The position numbers and the translations under genes are program-made. Under the pieces are notes generated by a model. That model ran no database searches, had not been told where the DNA came from, and worked only from the letters and a program-made list of their open reading frames with translations. 24,000 bases of DNA from the NCBI GenBank assembly GCA_965200605.1, contig CBDATW010000002.1, positions 280,458 through 304,457 on the forward strand, written 5' to 3'. Source of the DNA: Mycoplasmatales bacterium (GTDB lineage Bacteria; Bacillota_I; Bacilli_A; CBDATW01). This document shows positions 7,738-17,220 of this stretch, one piece after another (position 1 is the stretch's first letter; every line of letters begins with the position of its first letter).

Positions 7738-9153
7738 ATGAAAAAACAATCATATTCATTTATAAACCTAGTTACTATTAACGTAGGTTCTATGATTGGT
7801 GTTGGAATATTCTTTAAGAACCCAGGGATCTTAAAAACTACTAACAACATCTACCTAGCTCTAGCTACCTGAGCAATTGGTGCTGTGCTGGTTTATGGGC
7901 TGTGTTTGTCTTTTGCTGAAGCGCAAAGCTACACAGGTAAAAACAATATATCAGGTACAGTTCCAAACTGAGTAAATCAGTTTTGTGGAAAAACAATGGG
8001 TCGAATCTCACAGCAAATTATGTCATGAGTTTACTACCCAGTATTTTCATCACTACTTGTATACTATGCAGTTTATTTTGCCTTTACAGGTCTAGGATGA
8101 AAGGGTGCAGACATTGAATCTAAATGAATCATAATCTATGGAGCTACTACATTAGCATACCTTGCTTTAACAATAGGTAATGTTATGTCATATAGCTTTG
8201 GTAAAGCATTGCAATTTGTTGGTACGGTAATTAAATTTATCCCTCTGCTTTTAGTTTGTGTTCTTGGATTTATAGCACCAGTTGCAAGTTCAGATGCAAA
8301 CACATTTGCAGGTATTGTTAATGGGAAAGCTCAGACATGAAACTTTGGGTCAATTTTCTTAGCAATTCCAGCTGTATTCTTTGCTTTTGATGGATTTATG
8401 GGTGGTTTGAACCTTTCTAAAGAAGAGGAAAAACCAAATGATGCTACAAAAGCTTCTCTCTTCTCAGTTGTGTCTGTTGCTATATTTTATCTAATATTTG
8501 CTGCAGCCGTTGGATTTGGTACAGATAATGGTTCTCTTTTCCCAGTGTTTGAAAAAACATTTGGAAAAAAAGGAGCAACTGCTATCTTTATGCTAATTGC
8601 TATTTCAGCTTATACTGTTGCTAACGGATTTACTGTAGCAGGAGCCAGAGCTCTAAAAGGAATGAATGATGAAAAAGGATTTATTCCATTCAAGTTAATT
8701 TCAAAAGTTGAATCTGATGGAAGACATGCAGGTCAAACTTGAGTGCTATTTGGAATGGGAATGTTCTATATGACATTATGTTTCCTAATTTCAGAAGCTT
8801 CAATTCAAAAAGCTGGACTTGTAGAATTTGATGCAATTAATGCAGCAAAACTTACAAAAGAAGCTACATTTGATAACTTTGGTACTGCAGGTGCCCAATT
8901 TGCCTTTGGACTATATGCCTTAGTTGCACTTGGAGTATTTGCCAATAGATTCTCAAATAGGCTACCGGTTATAAAACAAAAATGAATCGGCCTACAAGTA
9001 TCAGCAGCAGTTCTTGCTCTTTGAGTTGTTGTTATGAACATTATTGGTTACTTCTTGGCTAGTGCCAAAATCACAATGTGACTAGTTATCTTATCACTAT
9101 TTATTACATATGTTGCTAATAATGTTGTAAAATTATCACAAACAAGAAAATAA
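7738..9153 (+). CDS. APC-superfamily amino-acid permease
   Basis: ATG 7738 follows AAAAGGAG. One frame runs through track fragments 8398-8742 and 8743-8985, with 11 in-frame TGA. 471 aa, roughly 12 hydrophobic spans, N-terminal INVGSMIGVGIFF signature. Stop TAA 9151-9153. Confidence 0.85.
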
Positions 9154-9188
9154 AATAATCTCCAATTTTATATTTTATTATTGTTAAT

Positions 9189-9216
9189 AAATAGACACTC
9201 TTGAGTGTCTATTTTA
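9189..9216. terminator. Bidirectional hairpin between the convergent permease and smr genes
   Basis: AAATAGACACT-cttg-AGTGTCTATTT forms an 11-bp stem (9189-9199 with 9204-9214) with T-rich sequence after it on both strands. It includes the smr stop codon. Confidence 0.6.
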
Positions 9217-9460
9217 ATATAATTTCTGTTTCGCCTAAGTTAAAAGGATTGGGATTACGCTCTATTATTAATTTTGATCTTAATGTTTTATTAACCATTG
9301 TTTTTAAAACTTTTCCACCTTTATAGCCATGAATAACAATCAATCTTTTATAACTCAATTTATGAAGTCTAATAATTTCCTTTTCAAGAAATTTTCTAGC
9401 TTCAAGTTCTACCATATGATGAATATCTATTTTTTTTGTTTTTAAAAAATAATTAGACAT
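9209..9460 (-). CDS. Smr (small MutS-related) domain protein
   Basis: ..IDIHHMVELEARKFLEKEIIRLHKLSYKRLIVIHGYKGGKVLKTMVNKTLRSKLI..GETEIIL matches the Smr pattern (LDLHG..EA...L...I......V.IIHGKG.G.L). ATG 9460 overlaps the ymdB stop (ATGTCTAA). The track start at 9466 is a TTG. Confidence 0.65.
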   Translation of the reverse strand: MSNYFLKTKKIDIHHMVELEARKFLEKEIIRLHKLSYKRLIVIHGYKGGKVLKTMVNKTLRSKLIIERNPNPFNLGETEIILK

Positions 9461-10235
9461 TTTCAATAATGTTTATTCTTTCAATTGATTTGGCTTTGTT
9501 AGTATTATCATCAATTTCAATAATAACACCCATAAATTGATATCTACCTTCAGCAGGACTAAATTTTGCAGGAATATTTGTTTTTGTACGATAAATTACT
9601 GCTTCTGGCTTAGCTCCAATTACCGAATCTCTTGGACCTGTCATACCAGCATCTGTAAGAAAAGCAGTGCCCTTAGGTAAAATCCTTTCATCTGCTGTTT
9701 GAACATGAGTATGGGTGCCAACCAAAGCAGTAATTTTACCATCGTATTCAAGAGCAAAAGCAATTTTTTCAGCTGTTGCTTCAGCATGATAATCAACAAA
9801 ATGAATATCAGCTTTTTCTTTATCTAATAAAATAAAATCTAATGCAGCAAAAGGAGACTCTGGGATAGGTTGCATAAATGATTTTCCTAAAAGTGATGTA
9901 ACTCTAATTTTTTTGTTTTTTACTTTATAAATTCTTGAACCTAATTGCGAAGTATAAGGTGAATAGTTTTCAGGAACAAGTAAGTCTTTAACTTGATTTA
10001 CATATTTTTCAATTTTGTTTCCAAAAAATGAATGATTGCCACCTGTAAAAACATCAATTCCTAATTCTTTAAGTTCTAAATAATGACTTTGTTCAAGTGA
10101 TTTTCCATGTGAGACATTTTCTCCATTGGCAATTACAAAGTCAATATTGTGATTTTTAACAAGTGCTGAAAGTTCAGATTTGATTGCTCTTCTTCCAGAT
10201 TTACCTAAAATATCACCGATAAATAAAATTTTCAT
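9453..10235 (-). CDS. ymdB: YmdB-family metallophosphoesterase (2',3'-cyclic-nucleotide phosphodiesterase-like)
   Basis: 260-aa ORF MKILFIGDILGKSGRRAI..VIANGENVSHGKS..FTGGNHSF..DYHAEATAEK..VGTHTHVQTADERIL. It has the calcineurin-like metal motifs and lies immediately downstream of rny, as in Bacillus. Confidence 0.85.
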   Translation of the reverse strand: MKILFIGDILGKSGRRAIKSELSALVKNHNIDFVIANGENVSHGKSLEQSHYLELKELGIDVFTGGNHSFFGNKIEKYVNQVKDLLVPENYSPYTSQLGSRIYKVKNKKIRVTSLLGKSFMQPIPESPFAALDFILLDKEKADIHFVDYHAEATAEKIAFALEYDGKITALVGTHTHVQTADERILPKGTAFLTDAGMTGPRDSVIGAKPEAVIYRTKTNIPAKFSPAEGRYQFMGVIIEIDDNTNKAKSIERINIIENV

Positions 10236-10273
10236 ATTAATTTTCTCTTTCTATCTATTATTAAAATTATACA

Positions 10274-11401
10274 CTATTTTTCTTTAATAGCTTCAATGCT
10301 AAATCTATTTTCTTTAATTAAAACAATGTTAATTGAACCTGGAAATTTAACTTCTTTTTCAATATCAGCTTTAATTTTTAAAGCAATATCATTTAAATTC
10401 ATATTAGCTTTTGGCTTGATGATGACTCTAAGTTCTTTACCACCCCTAATCACATAAGAATCTTTAACCTCATTATGTCTTTTTGCTATTTTTTCAATTT
10501 TTTCAATTCTTACATATAATTTTTCTGTAACATTTTTTCTTGCTCCAGGTCTAGCTGCAGAAATTTTATCAGCAAAAGCTACAAGAGCTGCAATTAAGCT
10601 CTTTGCTGGTGTATCATTATGATGTGCTGCAATTGCATCTATCACCTCAAAGGGTAGGTTGTGTTTTTGAGCAAATTTTACTCCAAGATCAACATGTGAA
10701 CCACTTTTTTCAATATCAATTGCTTTACCAATATCATGCATTAAACCAGCAAGCATAGCTTTTTTTTGATCTAATTTAAACTCAATAGCTAAATTCGCCA
10801 TGATTTTTGCAGTTTCAATTGAATGAGATAAAACATTTTGTCCATATGAATGTCTTAAAAATAATTTTCCAACAGTTTTTGTCACCTCAATATTAATTTC
10901 TTTTAAATCAAGTGCTTGAAATGCCTCTTGTCCTTTTCTAAGTAAAATATCATCAGTTTTTAAAAGAGCATTATCAAATTGTGTTTCAATAGTTCTTGCA
11001 TTAATACTTTTAGCTTCAATTAATTGCTTAATTAATTCAACTGCAACTTCTCTTTTAATTGGATTAAAAGATGAGATTTGTATTTTATCTGTATTATTGT
11101 CAAATACAACATCACATTGTGTTAATTTTTCAATTAATTTTAAATTTCTACCTGATTTACCAATAATAGCTGATCTAATATCTTGATTTTTTAGTTTTAT
11201 AAGATTTGTGCTTGGATGCTTAAGAAAGCCAGAATAAGCCTTTTCAAGAGAATCTAGAATGATTGCTTTTGCTTTTTTTTCATCAAATGAAAAATCATTA
11301 ATTTCATAATTAATTTCTTTTTTATTATTTTGTTTTAAATATATTACATAGCCTATCAAAAATAAACAAAGTAAAATTAATAATATTGTTGGGTTGCGCA
11401 T
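10274..11401 (-). CDS. rny: Ribonuclease Y (short form)
   Basis: N-terminal TM segment (PTILLILLCLFLIGYVIYL), KH motif (IIGKSGRNLKLIEKLT) and HD domain (LSHSIETAKIMANLA..LAGLMHDIGKA..AAHH). The preferred start is ATG 11401, preceded by GGAGAAATAAT. The track start at 11428 has no SD. 375 aa. Confidence 0.88.
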   Translation of the reverse strand: MRNPTILLILLCLFLIGYVIYLKQNNKKEINYEINDFSFDEKKAKAIILDSLEKAYSGFLKHPSTNLIKLKNQDIRSAIIGKSGRNLKLIEKLTQCDVVFDNNTDKIQISSFNPIKREVAVELIKQLIEAKSINARTIETQFDNALLKTDDILLRKGQEAFQALDLKEINIEVTKTVGKLFLRHSYGQNVLSHSIETAKIMANLAIEFKLDQKKAMLAGLMHDIGKAIDIEKSGSHVDLGVKFAQKHNLPFEVIDAIAAHHNDTPAKSLIAALVAFADKISAARPGARKNVTEKLYVRIEKIEKIAKRHNEVKDSYVIRGGKELRVIIKPKANMNLNDIALKIKADIEKEVKFPGSINIVLIKENRFSIEAIKEK

Positions 11402-11497
11402 ATTATTTCTCCAAATATTTTCAACCATTTTGCATTATATATATTACACTAATAAAAAAATATGTAAATAAAAAAACTTGAAGTTTTTAATTTTATT

Positions 11498-12466
11498 TTA
11501 TCCAAGTTTTACTTTTATTTCTTTTTGAATTTTGGGATTTTCAATCAATCATTGTTTAACAGATTTTATGCCTTGTCCAACTTTCTTTTTATTATATGAG
11601 TATCAAGATCCAGATTTATCAATCAATTGTTTTTCAACTGCAAGTGAAATTAAATCACCTAAATTATCAAATCCTGTTCCATATATAATACTTGCCATAA
11701 CTGTTTTAAATGGTGGTGCTAATTTATTTTTAACAATTTTAATTTTAACCTCATTACCAACAATTTCACTACCTTGATTAATTTTAGTTGACCCTCTTAC
11801 TTCAATTCTTATTGAAGAATAAAATTTAAGTGCTCTGCCCCCTGGTGTTGTTTCTGGATTTCCAAACATAATTCCTATTTTTATTCTTATTTGATTAATA
11901 AAAATAATAGTTGCATTGTGCTTTCTTAAAAGTCCTGCAATTTTTCTTAATGCCTTTGACATTAATCTTGCCTGAACACCAATAGTTTGATCTGACATTT
12001 CTCCATCTAATTCAACTTGAGGAACAAGTGCTGCTACTGAATCTACAATAATTAAATCAATATTATCAGATTTAATTAACGATTCTACTATTGCAAGAGC
12101 TTGTTCACCTGAATCTGGCTGTGAAAAAATTAATTTTGGTAATTCAACTCCTAATTCTTTTGCATATGTTGGATCTAATGAATGTTCTGCATCAATAAAT
12201 GCACAATTAAGTTTTTGTTTTTGTGCCTGATTAATTATTTCTAATGTTAGTGTTGTTTTACCAGAAGACTCTGGTCCATATATTTCAACAATTCTTCCTT
12301 TTGGAATTCCTTTTATTCCTAGTGCATTATCTAGTGACAATAATCCTGTGGGAATAACATCAATATTGGCTTTAGGTTTATCTCCTAAGGTCATAACTGA
12401 TTCTTCACCAAATGCAGTTTTAACTTTTTCTAGAGTTGAGTTAATGTTTGGTTGTTTTTTACTCAT
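11498..12466 (-). CDS. recA: Recombinase RecA
   Basis: ATG 12466 follows AGGAGGAAAAATT. Walker A GPESSGKTT, plus ..AFIDAEHSLDP.., ..IIVDSVAALVP.., ..FINQIRIKIG.. The track ORF extends through two TGA (11605-11603, 11551-11549) to stop TAA 11500-11498. 322 aa. Confidence 0.95.
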
Positions 12467-12526
12467 AATTTTTCCTCCTATAACATACATAGCCAAAAAA
12501 AATAAAAATTCCTAATTTTTTTATTA

Positions 12527-12562
12527 TTTTAAAAAAATAAAAAATACCAAAGTTGGTATTTT
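12527..12562 (-). terminator. Rho-independent terminator after rplT
   Basis: The minus strand reads AAAATACC-AACTTT-GGTATTTT followed by TTATTTTTTT. The 8-bp stem spans 12541-12562, and the U-run corresponds to the plus-strand A-run 12527-12540. Confidence 0.7.
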
Positions 12563-12566
12563 ATAA

Positions 12567-12926
12567 TTAATTTGTAATTTGTTTTTTAGCTGTTTGAACT
12601 AATTTGCTAAATGCTTCTGGATCATGAATCGCCATTTCTGATAACATTTTTCTATTTAGATCAATATTAGCTTTTTTTAATCCATTAATAAATTTTGAAT
12701 ATGAAATTTCATGATTTTTAGCTGCAGCTGAAATTCTTGTTATTCACAGTTTTCTAAAATGTCTTTTTCTAGTTTTTCTATCTCTATATGAATAAGCTAG
12801 AGAATTAAATAGCTGTTCTTGTGCTGTTTTATATAGTTTATGTTTTGCCCCAAAATATCCTTTGGCCTGTTTTAAAACTTTTTTTCTTCTTTTACGTGCT
12901 ACAACACCTGATTTTACTCTTGGCAT
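12567..12926 (-). CDS. rplT: 50S ribosomal protein L20
   Basis: The 60-aa track [49 protein letters not shown] continues through TGA 12746-12744 into [58 protein letters not shown]. Stop TAA 12569-12567. 119 aa. Confidence 0.94.
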
Positions 12927-12942
12927 AATACTCTACCTTCCC

Positions 12943-13137
12943 TTATACAATATTTTTAATTCTTTTATAATCACCTTTTGAAACCATTGTTGGTTTTGCA
13001 AGTTGACGTTTTTGCTTTGTTGTTTTTCCATAAGCTAAATGAGACATAAATGCTTTTTTACGCTTTAGCTTGCCACTAGCTGTTTTTTTAATACGTTTGC
13101 TAAGTGCAGATTTTGTTTTTATTTTAACTTTTGCCAT
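12943..13137 (-). CDS. rpmI: 50S ribosomal protein L35
   Basis: 64-aa basic ORF MAKVKIKTKSALSKRIKKTASGKLKRKKAFMSHL.. located between infC and rplT. Confidence 0.92.
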   Translation of the reverse strand: MAKVKIKTKSALSKRIKKTASGKLKRKKAFMSHLAYGKTTKQKRQLAKPTMVSKGDYKRIKNIV

Positions 13138-13142
13138 AATAG

Positions 13143-13763
13143 CTATTCTCCTATTTTCTTTTTATTTATTTCTTGAGAGTTTTCAATTGTTTTAGTATTT
13201 TTTATACTATCTTGAGATTTTTTCTTTTTCTCTGGGGCAACAATCATATCAAAGAATCTTCCATTTGAATATGGTTGCTTTTCAAGTTTTGAGATATCAC
13301 TAACTACTTCATAAAATTTCATAAGAGTTTCTCTACCAACATCAGTGTGGGCCCTTTCTCTTCCTCTAAATTTTAGAGATACTTTCACTTTTGAACCTTG
13401 TTTTAGAAACTTTCTTGCATTTTTAGCCTTTGTTTCTAAATCATGCTGTCCAATATTTGGGGTGATTCTAACTTCTTTTAAACTAATAATAGTACGGTTT
13501 TTCTTTGCTTCTTTTTCTTTTTTAGATTTTTGAAATTTATATTTTCCATAATCTAAAATTTTACAAATGGGCGGTTTTGCATTGGGTGATATACAAACTA
13601 AATCAAGTCCTAGTGCCTCAGCTTTTTTAATCCCTTCTTGTGGCGACATTTGCCCAAGAGGTCCTTTTTCTCCAATTACCATTACCATTGGAAACCTAAT
13701 ATCTCTATTTATCAGATCAGTTTTTTTTGGTAGTTTTCTACTATATCGATTAAATCTTGCCAA
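13143..13763 (-). CDS. infC: Translation initiation factor IF-3 (TTG start)
   Basis: ..DLINRDIRFPMVMVIGEKGPLGQMSPQEGIKKAEALGLDLVCISPNAKPPICKILDYGKYKF..SLKEVRITPNIGQHDLETKAKNARKFLKQGSKVKVSLKFRGRE... The only start-like codon between the upstream in-frame TAA and the conserved N-domain is TTG 13763-13761, 6 nt after AAGGAG. Confidence 0.9.
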   Translation of the reverse strand: MARFNRYSRKLPKKTDLINRDIRFPMVMVIGEKGPLGQMSPQEGIKKAEALGLDLVCISPNAKPPICKILDYGKYKFQKSKKEKEAKKNRTIISLKEVRITPNIGQHDLETKAKNARKFLKQGSKVKVSLKFRGRERAHTDVGRETLMKFYEVVSDISKLEKQPYSNGRFFDMIVAPEKKKKSQDSIKNTKTIENSQEINKKKIGE

Positions 13764-13936
13764 TTGATTCTCCTTTTAAAATAAAAAGTGGTATATTAAA
13801 CCCACTTATAAATACTATTTATTTAATAATAACTAATAGCATTGACCTTGGATTATTAATCCGCAGGTGGAAGTGTGGCTTCTCTTTCTATAACATCTAT
13901 TGATGTTTTAATATTATATATAAAGGTAAGTAAAAA
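13764..13936 (-). promoter_or_regulatory. Long leader of the infC-rpmI-rplT operon with a conserved-looking hairpin (possible L20-type leader)
   Basis: About 170 nt are untranslated between the upstream gene and the infC SD. The minus strand contains ACCU-gc-GGAUU-aau-AAUCC-a-AGGU (13868-13845) and a TATATATAAT -10-like box near 13915. Confidence 0.3.
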
Positions 13937-13949
13937 AACAAGCATTTTA

Positions 13950-15125
13950 CTACTTGTCTTTCAATATAGAATTGCCATTGTAAAATTTATCTAAATTAAA
14001 ATAATCATTTATTGTAGCTGCAATATCAGATAATGTTTCCCTTGTGGCTATTTCCTTTGGTTCAATACTTTTTGAATACATTATCAATGGTGTATATTCA
14101 CGTGTATGTTGATTTGTACCATTTGTAGGATCATTACCATGATCTGCTGTTATTAATAAAATATCTTTATCATTTAAATTGTTAATAATAGTTTTAATTT
14201 TATAATCAACTATTTTTAGCTTTTGATAAAATAATTTTTTATCTTGACTATGGCCAGCAAGATCAGTTTCTTGAATTGTTGCAGCAATTAAACCATCTTT
14301 TTGCTCTGACATTCTTTGAATAATGCTATTCATAACTAGATTTGTTTTAACTGCTTGTTTTCTTCAAATATTATCACCAAGAATAATATCCTGAATTTTG
14401 CCAATTAGTGATACATCAATATTATTTTTAATTAGTTTGTTTTGAATTTGCTTTGATGCATCAATTCCATAACCCATATGTAGACATTGATAATTTTCAT
14501 CATATATTCCAGAATCAGAGGTGATTAATCCAACTCTTTTATCAGGTAGTTCTTTAATTGAATTTTGAATTTTTTCAATACTTGATTTTGTACCTCCAAG
14601 GGCAATAACTCTTGAATTACCTACTGTTGATCTAACTAGATTAGCAATTTTAAGAATTTTTTTAAATGATGTTTCCAAAGTTGATGCAGAAACATTTATG
14701 ATTTGACCATAATCTGCTTCTAAATTATCTGCAATCACAATTTTATCTTCAACAATAAAATATTTATCAAATTTATATTCAACATTATTATTATCTAATA
14801 TTTTTTTTATTTTATCTTTATTGTCATTTAAAATAGAAAGTTTTGGTTTGATTGGTTTTGAACCCATTATTTCCTGATGACCAAAATATGTATCAGCTCC
14901 ATAATGTTGTAATTTAAACTTACCATTAGAAGCAAAATTATTTTTAAATTTATCATTGGCAATATTAAATAATCCCAATTTATTTAAATTAGGAAATGCA
15001 TCAGGATTTTTTACAACTGAGTTTACTGTATTATAGCCAATATCTTGAGGACGAACATCTTTACAGTCATCCATTGCTCCAACTCCCAGACCATCTAAAA
15101 TTAATAATATAAATCTTTTATTCAT
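13950..15125 (-). CDS. YhfW-like phosphopentomutase-family metalloenzyme (alkaline-phosphatase superfamily)
   Basis: Track fragments 14364-15161 and 13950-14333 are one frame joined through TGA 14366-14364. The preferred ATG 15125 (MNKRFILLILDGLGVGAMDDC..) overlaps the upstream stop (ATGAATAA). Family motifs LDGLGVG, ..GHQEIMG.., ..ITADHGNDPT... 391 aa. Confidence 0.8.
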
Positions 15126-16272
15126 GTATTTTTTCTCCAAGAGAGGTAAATATACCCTCAATTTTTGGTTTTCCTTTTTGAATTCCAGAAACTACTGCTA
15201 CTTTTGATCTGGTAATAAAAATTTGTGTTCTAAATGAGGCAATAACCATATCGCCTACTTTTGGTCTGGATTTGTTAATTTTAAAACCCAAATAATAATC
15301 AATTGCCTCTGGAGCAATTGGTAATGTTTTTTGGATTTTTTTCTTTTTACCTGAAACTAATAGTACATGTTTCATATTAGATCTTCGATAGTGTCCTCCA
15401 CCAAAGAAATAGGCTCTATCTTCATAGACATGTGATATTTCAGAAACATATAACATAGCTGGTATCTCTTCTAAATTCTTAGCTGCATGGGCTGGTGTTG
15501 TTCCAGTTAAAGCATGGCCAGGTTCACCATGTGTTCCTTGGTGTTTTTTAATCAACTTCATTGTCTTAGTGCAATTTACACTTGGAATATTTATGTGAGG
15601 AAACTCAAAACCTAAATCTTTACCAATTTTAATTGCTTTTTTTACTGTTTGAAGATTTTGAGTTGGTTTAATACTTTTACCTTTATATAAGAAACATGGA
15701 AAAGAAGTAGGTCCAACCACATTGATTCCTTTTAATTTTGTTATTTTCTTTAAAAAACTTGAAAAATCTTTTAATTTAACTCCCCCCTCTTGGCCTGGGT
15801 AAATATCATCATCTTTTCCAACTACTTTAATTAAAATATCTTGTACTAAATTATTTTTAGAAGCGATTTTAGAAATTTGTTTTGCCTTATGTTCTGTAAA
15901 AATAGTTAAAACATCTGGCTTATATTTAATTATTGGTTCAAGAAAGCATTTTGGAGTTTGAACTAAGTGTCCAACATTTCCAAGCGGAATCTTATTTTTA
16001 ATCATTACCATTGCTCCCCATGGATCAACTGCAACTACTTTTGGAATGCCTGATTTTCCTATTGCTTTAGCTACCAAAGGGTTTCGGCCAAATTGTTTGG
16101 TCATTTGATACAATTCAATATTATGCTTTTTAGCTTCTTTTGCCATAATTGAAGCATTTTTTTTAACTGTATCTAGATCGATGATATATGTGTTGGGCTC
16201 TAGTCTAGAATAGAGATTGATGGCTACATTAATTAACTTTGGATTTCTTTTTTGTAATTTTTTTATAAACAT
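15118..16272 (-). CDS. YhfX-like fold-type III PLP enzyme (alanine-racemase N-terminal domain family)
   Basis: Intact 384-aa ORF. TIM-barrel-like N-domain with the candidate PLP-lysine context ELYQMTKQFGRNP, ..VVAVDPWGA.., ..GTHGEPGHALTG... Its length and neighbours match E. coli YhfX (about 387 aa). Confidence 0.7.
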   Translation of the reverse strand: MFIKKLQKRNPKLINVAINLYSRLEPNTYIIDLDTVKKNASIMAKEAKKHNIELYQMTKQFGRNPLVAKAIGKSGIPKVVAVDPWGAMVMIKNKIPLGNVGHLVQTPKCFLEPIIKYKPDVLTIFTEHKAKQISKIASKNNLVQDILIKVVGKDDDIYPGQEGGVKLKDFSSFLKKITKLKGINVVGPTSFPCFLYKGKSIKPTQNLQTVKKAIKIGKDLGFEFPHINIPSVNCTKTMKLIKKHQGTHGEPGHALTGTTPAHAAKNLEEIPAMLYVSEISHVYEDRAYFFGGGHYRRSNMKHVLLVSGKKKKIQKTLPIAPEAIDYYLGFKINKSRPKVGDMVIASFRTQIFITRSKVAVVSGIQKGKPKIEGIFTSLGEKIHE

Positions 16273-16275
16273 AAT

Positions 16276-17187
16276 TTAGTAATTTATAAGATTTGGGTCT
16301 TTTTTTATCCTTTCTATAGCTTCTAGTAGTTTATCTTCTGATATGATGTTTTTAAAGATATTTTTAATAATTTGGTTGTTTTTGTTGATAACCAAAGTTG
16401 CAACAGTTGAATCTATAAGTAGTTGTTTGTTACTGGTAAATGATTTAATAGGTACAACATATTTTATATTATTGATAGCATCATCAATGTTATAAATAAC
16501 TGCATCAATTTTTTTATTTTGTATATCTTCAATTAATGTGTGATATTTTTTATTAACTAATTTAACTTTTTTATTTCCAATAATTTCTTTTGTAAGTACA
16601 GCAATGTCAATTGAGTTTTCATCAATACCTACTATCATTCCGTCTTCTATTTTCTTAAATTTTGCTTTAGAAAAAATAATAGCATGTGAGCTAGTATATG
16701 ACTCCACTCCTAATTCAACTGGTATATTTAAATTAGAATATTTTTTAACAATTTTTTTTGCAGCAATTTTTGACATAATGCCAATATCAGATAATTGGTC
16801 TTCTAATAATTCTGCTCTTTTTAAACTACCTGGTTTATACAAAAGTTCAAATGGTATTTTATTTTGCTTAAATATGTATTCTAAAGCTGATGAAATTATT
16901 TTTAAATTCATTGTCAAAGGAATAGGAGAAACACAAAGTATTATTTTTTCTTTAGAAAGTTCAAATAATTTTGAATAATCAATAAAATCAATATATGAAC
17001 CATCTTTGGTTTTATTTTTAATTTTAATTGCTTTATTTTTTATAAGAAAATTTAGTGCAAAATAAACAGTCCCTCTTGAAAAGGTATAGTTATTATAAAA
17101 TTGTGAATTGTTAACTTTTGAATTCTTTTTATATAGAAAAAATTTGCGTGCTAACATTTTTATACATTGCTGTCTTTTGCTTTCCAT
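16276..17187 (-). CDS. YhfZ-like putative regulator (N-terminal winged-helix plus periplasmic-binding-protein-like domain)
   Basis: Intact 303-aa ORF. HTH-like FSRGTVYFALNFLIKNKAI near the N-terminus and an alternating beta-alpha C-terminal part. Its size matches E. coli YhfZ (about 301 aa). No obvious SD at ATG 17187. Confidence 0.6.
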   Translation of the reverse strand: MESKRQQCIKMLARKFFLYKKNSKVNNSQFYNNYTFSRGTVYFALNFLIKNKAIKIKNKTKDGSYIDFIDYSKLFELSKEKIILCVSPIPLTMNLKIISSALEYIFKQNKIPFELLYKPGSLKRAELLEDQLSDIGIMSKIAAKKIVKKYSNLNIPVELGVESYTSSHAIIFSKAKFKKIEDGMIVGIDENSIDIAVLTKEIIGNKKVKLVNKKYHTLIEDIQNKKIDAVIYNIDDAINNIKYVVPIKSFTSNKQLLIDSTVATLVINKNNQIIKNIFKNIISEDKLLEAIERIKKDPNLINY

Positions 17188-17220
17188 ACTATTATTTTAA
17201 TAAATAATTGGTGTTTTGAG

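Noticed and set aside
7566-7850. Minus-strand 94-aa ORF overlapping the permease promoter and start.
   Set aside because: It overlaps the end of the small membrane-protein gene (7274-7597), a spacer with good promoter, operator and SD signals, and the conserved N-terminus of the permease on the other strand. It has no SD and no motif.
11429-11497. Weak hairpin AAAAC-TTCAA-GTTTT plus a T-run after recA, and a TTTACA-16-TAATAT box ahead of rny.
   Set aside because: The stem has only 5 bp with one G:C pair, so it is too weak to call a terminator. The promoter-like box is plausible but not distinguishable from chance here.
13937-13958. Hairpin ACAAG-N10-CTTGT overlapping the stop codon of the phosphomutase-like gene, followed by a U-run on the minus strand. 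It could be the terminator of the yhf-like operon.
   Set aside because: The stem has only 5 bp with a 10-nt loop. It may attenuate read-through into infC, but it is too weak to annotate as a terminator with confidence.
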